Source of the DNA: Candidatus Jordarchaeia archaeon
GTDB lineage: Archaea > Asgardarchaeota > Jordiarchaeia > Jordiarchaeales > Jordiarchaeaceae
NCBI GenBank assembly: GCA_029856435.1
Contig: JAHQXB010000174.1
Span: 1-19,687 of the forward strand
Direction of reading: 5' to 3'
Length of the DNA: 19,687 nucleotides
Made by a program: the position numbers and the translations under genes. The notes beneath the pieces were generated by a model. The model saw nothing but the letters and a program-made list of their open reading frames with translations. It had not been told where the DNA came from and did not search any database. Every line of letters starts with the position of its first letter. Positions within the stretch are counted from its first letter, which is position 1. Positions 1 through 8,085 of this stretch are shown piece by piece.

Positions 1-759
1 CCTCGGAAGGTACGGGGAGAACGCCGAAGAAGCTAGGGAGAGGCTCAGGAGGGAGTACCAGCCCGCGCTCAGGAGGGTTCTGGACGCCCACCACGCTTGG
101 TACACGACCCCCGGCCTGTGGGAGGAGGGCCTGCACAGGGAGCTCTACAGGGGGAGGTGGAGGATAGAGAACGGCTTTTAGGGACAGCAACCACTTCGAG
201 GGGAAGAGCAAGAGCAGCTCGCTCAAGGTGCGCCTCTACCTCGCAGCCATCGCCCTCGCCCTCTACAACACCTAGCAGCTCGAGAGAACCGGGGAGAACC
301 CCCCGAGAGCAGAGGACATGGCGAAGCACCTCTCCCACACCCTAGAGCATGTGGCCCTCATCTCCCTCAGAGACGCCCTAACAACCCTCGCTCAGACCCT
401 CCGACGCCTCCTCGCGGAGGCAGCGCCGGGAACAGCCACCCTGACTGTGGAGCTGCTCCAAGCAGTCTCGGAGAGCAACCCCCTCCACACGCAGACACTC
501 CAAGCGTTCGCGGCGACGTGGGGAAAGCCACCCCCGCCGCGGAGAAGACCGCCACCTGCGGTGGCGGAGAGGGAGGTGATGGCCCGAGCCGGCCGAAGCC
601 CGAGGAAGACACCCGCCCCAGACGATGGAAGGCCCCAAGGAGGGGCGGAAAGAACACGAAGAAACCGCAGAACCAGAGAGCCACACCCCAAGAAGCAGCG
701 GAGCCGCGGCAATCCCCCAACAGAAGCCAGAAAGAAAAGAAAATAATTTTCAAATACTG
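1..759 (+). mobile_element. Right part of an IS4-superfamily insertion sequence, probably ISH3 family; truncated by the window edge
   Basis: GC-rich block (about 60% by eye on the first line) that switches abruptly to AT-rich at ~750. It ends in ...TTTTCAAATACTG(759), whose reverse complement CAGTATTTGAAAA starts with the CAGTA typical of ISH3-family termini. It contains a DDE transposase remnant. Confidence 0.7.
2..746 (+). pseudogene. DDE transposase C-terminal half, disrupted by a frameshift and a nonsense codon
   Basis: Frame 2 reads ...LYRGRWRIENGF (146-178), the Y-xx-R-W-x-I-E catalytic-Glu signature. After a +1 shift in the T-run at 176-179, frame 3 continues RDSNHFEGKSKSSSLKVRLYLAAIALALYNT, hits TAG at 273-275 (where these transposases usually have the W of 'LYNxW'), then runs in frame into ORF 318..746. 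Confidence 0.8.
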
Positions 760-847
760 ATGTTTGGAGTTGGTTTATTTGCCGATAATGTTAAAAAAGA
801 TAGTTAGTTATTTTTTATTATCGGTTTTGTGTTTTGGAGGTTATATT

Positions 848-1297
848 TTGTCTGAGAGATATCTTAGTGCGCCTAGTAGTAAGGATGTAGAGGCCTTTGA
901 GGCTATGGTACAGAATGTTAGAGAGGATTTGCAGGACGCAGCGAGGAGTGCCGCTGATTCTGTCAGTTCGCTTCTTAGGGCAGGCGATTTTAAGAGGGCC
1001 GCAGATTACGTTTTTGATATGGTTGCGCAGTCCATATTAATAAATCTGCTTGAGCCCCCGAGAAAAGCCATAGAGTTTATTAAGGGGAAAAGGGACCGCT
1101 TTTCTGAGCTTTTGGAGAATCCAATTTTTAAGGCCAGCGAAAAACTTTTGGAATCCTTCGAGAAGGGAAACAAGGAGCTGTTTGCGGGCGCTATGCAGGC
1201 AGTGGAGGAATCAGTGATAGGGAAAACTTCCATAGATTTTAGATACACCATAATGAAGGATTTACACTGCGCCTTTTACAAATATGTCAAATTATAA
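848..1297 (+). CDS. Hypothetical all-alpha protein, 149 aa
   Basis: ORF track gives 764..1297. Start moved to TTG 848 because GGAGGT (836-841) lies 6 nt upstream. Amphipathic helices, weakly TPR-like (AGDFKRAADY). No family recognised. Confidence 0.7.
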   Translation: MSERYLSAPSSKDVEAFEAMVQNVREDLQDAARSAADSVSSLLRAGDFKRAADYVFDMVAQSILINLLEPPRKAIEFIKGKRDRFSELLENPIFKASEKLLESFEKGNKELFAGAMQAVEESVIGKTSIDFRYTIMKDLHCAFYKYVKL

Positions 1298-1372
1298 TGC
1301 TGAGAGATAACTTGTCCTGCCTCAAAATAAAAGTAGCGGCACTGTGTTTGGTAGTGCTTGTGGACTGGTGAT

Positions 1373-2173
1373 TTAGCGTTTGACTAGTCTTAAAATGTTT
1401 TGACCTAGAATAAGTTGCTTTTCTTCGTTGCTTACATTTAAATTTCGAATTTTGTTGACCTCGTACTGTGGATCGCCGTGGGGAATAAATGGCATGTCGC
1501 TTCCAAAAATGATCCGTTCACTGCCTAAGGCCTTTATGGCAATCATAACTTTTTCGGCTGTTCCGCCGGATGTGTCTAAGTAGACGTTATCATATTTCTT
1601 TGCCAACTCTAACGCCTCCTTCTCGAAGGTTCCGCCCAAGTGTGCAATAATAAGTTTTAATCTTGGAAACTGATCAATAATTTCTCTGTAGTATAGGGGA
1701 TTGGAGTTGTCTGTATCATTCTGCCATATTTTTCCGGAGTGGACGAGGACGGGAATATTGAGCTTTTCAGCCTTCTCCCAGATGTGCATGGCTTCATTCG
1801 GCCAGAAATTTTGGTGCACGGCATGAAGCTTTAAGCCCTTGAAGCCTTGCCTTATATGGAATTCTAGAATTTGCCCCGCCTTAGGATCGTGGGGATCCAC
1901 GCAGCAGAAACCCATAAAGGTGTCCGGGAACCTGTCTATCAAACTCTTCACAATGGGCGTTATGTATGGAAAAAATGGCGACACTACTGCTCTTCCAATA
2001 CCGTTTCTGAACATGCGTTCCATAAGGTAGTATCCAAGTCTTTTAACACCAAACTCGTTCCTCAGATAATTTAATGAGTAATAGGCTAGTACCCCTTCCA
2101 AGTTCCCCACAAACCCCAGTCCCTTAGTTCCAGTTCTATTAAAATAAGGATGAATATGAGCATCTATTATCAT
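1373..2173 (-). CDS. Amidohydrolase family protein (amidohydrolase_2-type TIM barrel)
   Basis: MIIDAHIH (HxH), GLKLH, VHSG, AHLGG, YLDTS and FGSDMP motifs. Start placed at the ATG immediately before IIDAH. Confidence 0.92.
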   Translation of the reverse strand: MIIDAHIHPYFNRTGTKGLGFVGNLEGVLAYYSLNYLRNEFGVKRLGYYLMERMFRNGIGRAVVSPFFPYITPIVKSLIDRFPDTFMGFCCVDPHDPKAGQILEFHIRQGFKGLKLHAVHQNFWPNEAMHIWEKAEKLNIPVLVHSGKIWQNDTDNSNPLYYREIIDQFPRLKLIIAHLGGTFEKEALELAKKYDNVYLDTSGGTAEKVMIAIKALGSERIIFGSDMPFIPHGDPQYEVNKIRNLNVSNEEKQLILGQNILRLVKR

Positions 2174-2397
2174 TGAATCATCCCCAACAGGGAACATGGA
2201 GATATGTGAATCAATTCATTTTATTAGTTATAAATTTAAGTAACTAAATCTTAGATTTTTATTGGGAAAAATATTTCGGTGAGAATCTAGACCTCCAAAA
2301 GATTATTTACAATAGTAGAAATTAAACTTATTTTAGAAGGGTAGGATTTGAGTTTTATAGGGTTGTTTCCTGTTCGTGTTAAAAATGGGTTTCCACG

Positions 2398-3303
2398 GTG
2401 AGTTTCTTGAGTTACGCGGAACGCAAAATGGTAAAGTTGAGTAAAGATGTTCTGCAGATTCTCTTTAAGCCTTTGAGCAAAAAGGTGATCCGGAGACTGG
2501 TTTCTGGTTGGGGGTTTGGAATCTTTGAAAATTTAGATATCGACGAAATCATAAATATACTAGATGGACGAGAATTGGTAGTAGCGAAGTTTCTAGAACT
2601 TCTGCTTCTCTACGATATGAATTTGGCTTTAAAATTTGGTTTGTGGTCGGTTTACAGCTATTCAAATTCCATCAGGAACATCGATGTCAAAGACTTGGAA
2701 AATTCTCTTAACGGTATCCTGAAAAAAAACAGTTATAAATCATTTCTCAACATTTATGAAATTTCAAAAAATAAGGAGTATTACATAGTATATTCTTACG
2801 AGGATAAGCCCATGTTAATAGAACAATGGGGTTTTAAGTATAATGTGGTGAATAGACTAGCCCGTGTAAGATCCATTTTAGACGTGGAGAAAAAGACACT
2901 GCTAATAGATGCGGAGTCTGAGAAAGAAGGTGAAAAATTCAAAAGAGCCCTAGAAAAAGCACTAAAAACGAAATTCCAACCTGACACTTTCCCGCCATAT
3001 GTTTTGCAAGAATTTGCGGAAAAAGACACAGTCAAAAAAGTGGCTTTTGCATGCGACTCACAATTTAGCGGAGTGGAGGGAATAAAAAAAATCACATTAG
3101 AGGGGAACAATGTTTTTGGCGCCATAAAGGGATTAAGGGCGAGACAGGATATCGACTTCAGAAAAGTGGGGCCACTTATAGAAGCTGAAACCCCTAAACT
3201 CTACATATCCTCCGAAGGAAAACTAGTGTTTAGAGATCAGAAGACCAAAGACCAAGTCCTAAAGAAATTAAGGGAAGCAACAGAAGCGGAAAAGGAATCA
3301 TAA
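2398..3303 (+). CDS. Hypothetical protein, 301 aa (possible CENP-N/Chl4-like fold; see findings)
   Basis: Long ORF with host-like codon usage, divergent from the amidohydrolase. An alternative start is ATG 2428. Confidence 0.8.
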   Translation: MSFLSYAERKMVKLSKDVLQILFKPLSKKVIRRLVSGWGFGIFENLDIDEIINILDGRELVVAKFLELLLLYDMNLALKFGLWSVYSYSNSIRNIDVKDLENSLNGILKKNSYKSFLNIYEISKNKEYYIVYSYEDKPMLIEQWGFKYNVVNRLARVRSILDVEKKTLLIDAESEKEGEKFKRALEKALKTKFQPDTFPPYVLQEFAEKDTVKKVAFACDSQFSGVEGIKKITLEGNNVFGAIKGLRARQDIDFRKVGPLIEAETPKLYISSEGKLVFRDQKTKDQVLKKLREATEAEKES

Positions 3304-3432
3304 ACACCAATATGACTACAAAATTTTAGAAAAATTATTTTAGGCATATACGAAAAGCTTTCATAGCCGCTAACTATTTATCTAGATGAAAATTAAAGGG
3401 ATGGTCCACGATTGAGCCAAGAAAATTTCCAG

Positions 3433-3831
3433 ATGACTTTAAAGGTGATACCCGAAAAATGTGCGGGCTGCCACATATGTGAGCTTGTTTGCAGTTTGTA
3501 TCATTTTAAAGTAAACAACCCCAAGAAATCAAGAATCAGGGTGCAAACTCTTTTCCCTGAACCTGGAATAAATAAGCCCGTGGTTTGTAGACAGTGTAAG
3601 GAACCAGCATGCATGGAAGCATGTCCTGAGGGGGCTATCACCATTGAGCAGGGAACAGTTAAGCTCAACCCTCAAAAATGTACCGGGTGTAGAAAATGCC
3701 TAGAAGCATGTCCCTTCGAAGCCCTCTTTACGCATTCAGACATTCCTTACCCTTTAAAATGTGATTTGTGCAACGGGGACCCCCAGTGTCTAATATGTCC
3801 AAAAGGAGCTATAGTGTTTGTTCCCCGATAA
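3433..3831 (+). CDS. 4Fe-4S multicluster protein (DmsB/HydN-like), likely AOR partner subunit
   Basis: Four Cys clusters: CAGCHICELVC, CRQCKEPACMEACP, CTGCRKCLEACP, KCDLCNGDPQCLICP. Lies directly upstream of the AOR gene. Start ATG 3433 (or TTG 3412). Confidence 0.92.
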   Translation: MTLKVIPEKCAGCHICELVCSLYHFKVNNPKKSRIRVQTLFPEPGINKPVVCRQCKEPACMEACPEGAITIEQGTVKLNPQKCTGCRKCLEACPFEALFTHSDIPYPLKCDLCNGDPQCLICPKGAIVFVPR

Positions 3832-3888
3832 GAAAGTAGGTCAGGAAGCCGCAGGAACCGGTCTAAAGATTAGGAGGGAAAGGGTAAA

Positions 3889-5733
3889 TTGATGGGTGGA
3901 TATATGAACCGGATTTTAAGGATAGATTTGTCCAAGGAAAAAATTGGCGAAGAAAAGCCGGAGAAGGATTGGTCTATTAAGTACATAGGGGGAAGAGGTT
4001 GGGGCGCCAGAAAAGTTTGGGAGTCGGGTATTGACGTAGACCCCTTGGGTCCAGATAATTTGATGTTCTTTGCTTCCGGCCCTCTCACCGGCCTCCTGAT
4101 TCCCTCTGCTGGGAAAATGACCATAGTTTCCATTTCTCCCGCCACAAGAATCTATGCCGATAGCAGTGTGGGGGGAGCCTTTGGCGCTGAACTTAAACAG
4201 GCGGGTTACGATGCTATCGCACTAAGCGGAGTTTCCAAAAAACCCGTGTACATTATGATTGACGATGGCGATGTGGAAATCAGGGACGCGGAGGAATACT
4301 GGGGGATGGGGGCGCTGGCCACTGAGGAACGGTTAAAGAAGGATATTGGGGATAACGGTATCCATGTGTTATCCATTGGCCCTGCGGGAGAAAAACTGGT
4401 GAAGTTTGCTTGTATAACTTCGGACTATGGTAGGAATGCGGGAAGAACAGGCATGGGGGCGATTATGGGCTCCAAAAAATTGAAAGCCATAGTGGTCAGG
4501 GGATTTAAGGATATACCGGTTGCAGATGTAGATAAGTTTTTGGAAATCGCTTACGATTCGTTCAATTCGATTTATGAGAATGAGTTTCTGGACATTTGGC
4601 AGAGGCAAGGCACACTGCAAGTTATAGCTTGGGCCAATGAGAGGGGGGTTTTGCCCACGAGAAACTTTCAAGAAACTATGTTTGAACATGCTGAGGAGAT
4701 AGGGGGAGATAAAATGGAGGAGGTGAAAACCACTGATAGGGCGTGTTTTGCGTGTCCCATGACCTGCGGAAACTACTGTGTGATCAAGGAAGGGAATACT
4801 AAAGTGGTGGTGGAGGGGCCGGAATATGAGACCGCCGCAATGTTGGGTTCGGCTTGTGGAATCAAAGATCTTAAAACGGTGATTAAAGCCAATAATCTCT
4901 GCGACGACTTGGGAATAGACACAATATCCTCTGGAAATCTAGTTGGCCTACTAATGGAGGCCTATGAGAAGGGAATCCTAACCAAAGAGGACACGGGGGG
5001 AATAGAGCTAAAATTTGGAAACGGCGAGGCGCTGCTCAAAATTCTTGAAATGATTGCCAAGAGGGAGGGGATAGGCGACATAGTTGCGGAGGGAGTGAGG
5101 GCGGTGACAGAAAAGTGGCGGGAAATGAAGCCCTTCGCCATCCAAGCTAAGGGGTTGGAACAGAGCGCTTATGATACGAGGGCCTCTCCAGGAATGGCGC
5201 TTGCTTATGCCACCTGTGATGTGGGGGCGCATCACTCTAGGGCGTGGGTTATTTCCAAGGATTTAGAAATGCAGAACAAGTGGACTGCGGAGGAGAGGGC
5301 CAAACTGGTAATATATCACCAGCACATAAGACCTCTGTTCGACTGTTTGGGAGTTTGCAGATTGGAGTGGATAGAGCTATCAGTGGACGAAAACATCTAC
5401 GCAGACTTCTACACTGCGGTAACCGGAGTCAAAACCACATTGAAGAAGCTTCTTGAACGCTCAGAAGCCATCTACAACCTGACACGCGCCATTAATATAT
5501 TAAAGGGAATTTCAAGGAAGGATGACTATCCCCCAGAGAGATTTTTCTGCGACCCTGTGCCCACTGGTCCACTGAAGGGAAAATTGCTTCACAGGGAAGA
5601 ATACGACAATCTTTTGGACACCTACTATAGGCTTAGGGGATGGGACAGTAGAGGTGTACCGACTGAGCGAACCCTATTACGGCTGGGGCTTAAGGACGTA
5701 GCTCTAAAGCTTAAGAAAAGCGGAAAAATCTAG
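3889..5733 (+). CDS. aor: Tungsten-dependent aldehyde:ferredoxin oxidoreductase family protein
   Basis: GGRG, ELKQAGYD, IGPAGE, AGRTGMGAIMGSKKLKAI, CFACPMTC, EGPEYET, CDDLGIDTIS and DCLGVC motifs; 614 aa. Confidence 0.95.
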   Translation: MMGGYMNRILRIDLSKEKIGEEKPEKDWSIKYIGGRGWGARKVWESGIDVDPLGPDNLMFFASGPLTGLLIPSAGKMTIVSISPATRIYADSSVGGAFGAELKQAGYDAIALSGVSKKPVYIMIDDGDVEIRDAEEYWGMGALATEERLKKDIGDNGIHVLSIGPAGEKLVKFACITSDYGRNAGRTGMGAIMGSKKLKAIVVRGFKDIPVADVDKFLEIAYDSFNSIYENEFLDIWQRQGTLQVIAWANERGVLPTRNFQETMFEHAEEIGGDKMEEVKTTDRACFACPMTCGNYCVIKEGNTKVVVEGPEYETAAMLGSACGIKDLKTVIKANNLCDDLGIDTISSGNLVGLLMEAYEKGILTKEDTGGIELKFGNGEALLKILEMIAKREGIGDIVAEGVRAVTEKWREMKPFAIQAKGLEQSAYDTRASPGMALAYATCDVGAHHSRAWVISKDLEMQNKWTAEERAKLVIYHQHIRPLFDCLGVCRLEWIELSVDENIYADFYTAVTGVKTTLKKLLERSEAIYNLTRAINILKGISRKDDYPPERFFCDPVPTGPLKGKLLHREEYDNLLDTYYRLRGWDSRGVPTERTLLRLGLKDVALKLKKSGKI

Positions 5734-5794
5734 GACGCATCACTAAATCAAAATATGTATCTGCGGAGAAGCTGTTTGTTAGATTAATTATAAA

Positions 5795-5842
5795 TTTATA
5801 TAGTAGATGAGGATAACATATATACACCTAAACTCTGGAGGT
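5795..5842 (+). promoter_or_regulatory. TATA box (TTTATATA, 5795-5802) and Shine-Dalgarno (GGAGGT, 5837-5842) upstream of a small ORF
   Basis: Matches the archaeal TATA consensus. The SD is 6 nt before TTG 5849, the same spacing as at 836/848 and 14376/14388. Confidence 0.6.
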
Positions 5843-5848
5843 TCTTGT

Positions 5849-5977
5849 TTGCCTAAACCGTCCAAGAAGAGAAGAAAAAGGGCCAAAAGAGTTAAGGGTC
5901 GCCCACAGGAAATGGATGAAACAGAGGAACTCCAAGAATATTTGGAGTTAGAAGACGAAGTGTTTGAGGATTGGTGA
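5849..5977 (+). CDS. 42-aa basic/acidic microprotein MPKPSKKRRKRAKRVKGRPQEMDETEELQEYLELEDEVFEDW
   Basis: Translated by hand: TTG 5849 to TGA 5975-5977. Has its own TATA and SD and a strongly non-random charge pattern. Below the ORF-track length cutoff. Confidence 0.7.
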   Translation: MPKPSKKRRKRAKRVKGRPQEMDETEELQEYLELEDEVFEDW

Positions 5978-6129
5978 GTTCTCGTTCTAAATATTAATCA
6001 AACTCATAAATTTAGACTGCAAAAGTGGAGGATAGAGTATATAGTTTTGGTCACCGCCTTTAAAAAAAGGTTCTGAGATAGTTTTTCTGTAAACTATCGC
6101 TTTTTGGTGAGAGGTAACTAAGTTTTTGG

Positions 6130-8085
6130 TTGGCTTTGTTGATAACAATAAGCTTTTATGATGCAGATATAATTTTATATTTTGAGGAAGCGATATCGAA
6201 TTGTTTTGGGTGTCCAGTTTTGGAAAGCGTAGAATGTGAAGAACCAGCTAAAAGCGGGTCTCCTCGCCGTAGCAATTTTGGGATACTTGAAATTCTTGTT
6301 GGCGACGGCAAAACAGGAATATCCATCTATACTGTTGGCGGCGGGAAAACCAATGATATTGACATGTCCACAGGCTTGGTTTTTGCATTGGAGCAGGCTA
6401 TAAGGGAGCATTCTGGCTCCGCCAAGGATGTGTTCTTTGGAGGAATTAATGCTTCTGGCGGAATTGGTTGGTGCGTCAAAGAATTCGAGGTTGCTGGAGA
6501 GCCTCGCGAGTTTTACATTGGAGCTGCACTAATGCCGGGGGCCTCTTACTCTTTGGATATTGATATGCTAGAGCAGAAGAATAAAGGTAAAAGGGAATTT
6601 TTCGTTTTTCTCAAAGATTTCCTGTTACCAAGCATAGTTAAACATCTAAATGATTGTGTTGAAAAATTGAGAGAGGTGGGGGGAGAAGCTACCCTGGATA
6701 CTCTTTTAGGGACTGGCGTCTCAGCCTTCAAGCGAGGTGAAGTGAACCAATTGGTGAAGAGTCCTGAAGAATTGGGCGACGCTTGGAAGGTTTTTTCTGG
6801 AGCCTGTACCAAGGCGAGTAAAGAGCAGGGGCTAATTCTGAGGGCTCTTTATGTAGGTAAGAAGGGATTTGTTGATAGTAGGCGTATATGCTCGGAAATG
6901 ATATCGGAATATTTGGAGGACTTGTACTTAGCTCAAAACACCAAATTGGATGGGGCGGAGTGGAGAATTCAGAGAACTTTGGGTCCACTTAAAACTAGCC
7001 CAGATAAGTCTTATGATTCTTGGATTAAACACATCATCTTCACTGGGGCTGAGGGACTCTTCAGTATTAATCCCTCCTGTCCACTTCTTCTGGCTGATAC
7101 GAGAAGCTATTTCGGCATGTGGGAAAATGGGTTAAGAGAGAAGCTTAGAGAGTGGGGAACGAGAAGGAAGGATTTTCTAATTAAAATGAGGTATGGAGCG
7201 AATTTTTTGGATAGTGTGGGTTCAAAGTTTGGATCAGTTTCTTATAAAGAGGTTTCAGAGAGGGAGGAGGAAATCCTGGAATTTCTCTCTTTGAGCATGA
7301 TGGACAAAATATCTGAAGAGTTTCCCCTCACGGCCCTGACTTATGATTTTAAGAAGAAAAGTGTTATAAAAAATGAAATGTTGGAGGTCATAAAAGAGGT
7401 TATCCCAGCGGTGGAGCAAGAGGTTATAGCAGAGCTCTTTGAGAAAGTTAAGGAGGAGGTTTTTGATGTAGAGAAGTTCACAAAGGAGGTTTTCAGTAGG
7501 AAGAAAACCGAAACCATTAGGAAAAAGATAGATGATTGGACAAATAAGCTCTATCGAAGCCTCCAAGAAGCTCTGTACAAGAAGAATATTGTGTTCTCAC
7601 TATTTCCAGAGCCTTTAGAACAGTTCAGAGCAAAAATCGCAGATTTTATCAACGAGAAGGCCATCGCCTGTCTGAAGGACGATGTCGCCTCAGCAATTTT
7701 GCTGGCTTTAAAACTTTTGGAACAGGAAATCAAAGACCCCGAGGCTTTGGTATACCTAGATTTTGTGAAAGAACTGGTTAAAGGGTTTGTGGGAAAAGAG
7801 CTGAGCGCAATATACCCCACTTTGGGGTACCTTCTGAAGGAAGCACAGGTTTTGGATAAGTTGGACGACGCTTTTAAAATCATCATGAAGGATACGGGAT
7901 ACGAAGATGTCAAAATTCTTGAGAATGTTAGCACCGAAATTAAAAGGGTGAGTGAGAGGGAAATCGCGGTAAACAGTAGTGTGGAAAAGGTTTTGGAAGC
8001 AAAGTCTATCATACAAGAGGCTATAAGGAAAATGTTGGCTCGAGGGGAGGGATTAGGAGGAATACTTTTGGGTGATGAGGTTTGA
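6130..8085 (+). CDS. Hypothetical protein, 651 aa; N-terminal longin-like domain plus long helical region
   Basis: The segment GILEILVGDGKTGISIY...DIDMSTGLVFALEQAIREHSG follows the beta-beta-alpha opening of longin-like domains. The remainder is Glu/Lys-rich and helical. Start uncertain. Confidence 0.75.
   Translation: MALLITISFYDADIILYFEEAISNCFGCPVLESVECEEPAKSGSPRRSNFGILEILVGDGKTGISIYTVGGGKTNDIDMSTGLVFALEQAIREHSGSAKDVFFGGINASGGIGWCVKEFEVAGEPREFYIGAALMPGASYSLDIDMLEQKNKGKREFFVFLKDFLLPSIVKHLNDCVEKLREVGGEATLDTLLGTGVSAFKRGEVNQLVKSPEELGDAWKVFSGACTKASKEQGLILRALYVGKKGFVDSRRICSEMISEYLEDLYLAQNTKLDGAEWRIQRTLGPLKTSPDKSYDSWIKHIIFTGAEGLFSINPSCPLLLADTRSYFGMWENGLREKLREWGTRRKDFLIKMRYGANFLDSVGSKFGSVSYKEVSEREEEILEFLSLSMMDKISEEFPLTALTYDFKKKSVIKNEMLEVIKEVIPAVEQEVIAELFEKVKEEVFDVEKFTKEVFSRKKTETIRKKIDDWTNKLYRSLQEALYKKNIVFSLFPEPLEQFRAKIADFINEKAIACLKDDVASAILLALKLLEQEIKDPEALVYLDFVKELVKGFVGKELSAIYPTLGYLLKEAQVLDKLDDAFKIIMKDTGYEDVKILENVSTEIKRVSEREIAVNSSVEKVLEAKSIIQEAIRKMLARGEGLGGILLGDEV

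Noticed and set aside
273-275. In-frame TAG as pyrrolysine or stop-codon recoding; T-run at 176-179 as a programmed frameshift
   Set aside because: TAG is one transition from the expected TGG (Trp), it co-occurs with a frameshift, other genes here use TAG as a normal stop, and no slippery-site stimulator is evident. Decay is the simpler explanation.
69-807. Several overlapping ORFs on both strands (69..338, 97..345, 367..753, 378..686, 392..712, 518..760, 625..807)
   Set aside because: Shadow ORFs of GC-rich transposase DNA; the frame 2/frame 3 transposase reading explains the region.
764-847. Signal peptide or membrane anchor on ORF 764..1297
   Set aside because: A strong SD points to TTG 848; the hydrophobic leader derives from T-rich upstream DNA.
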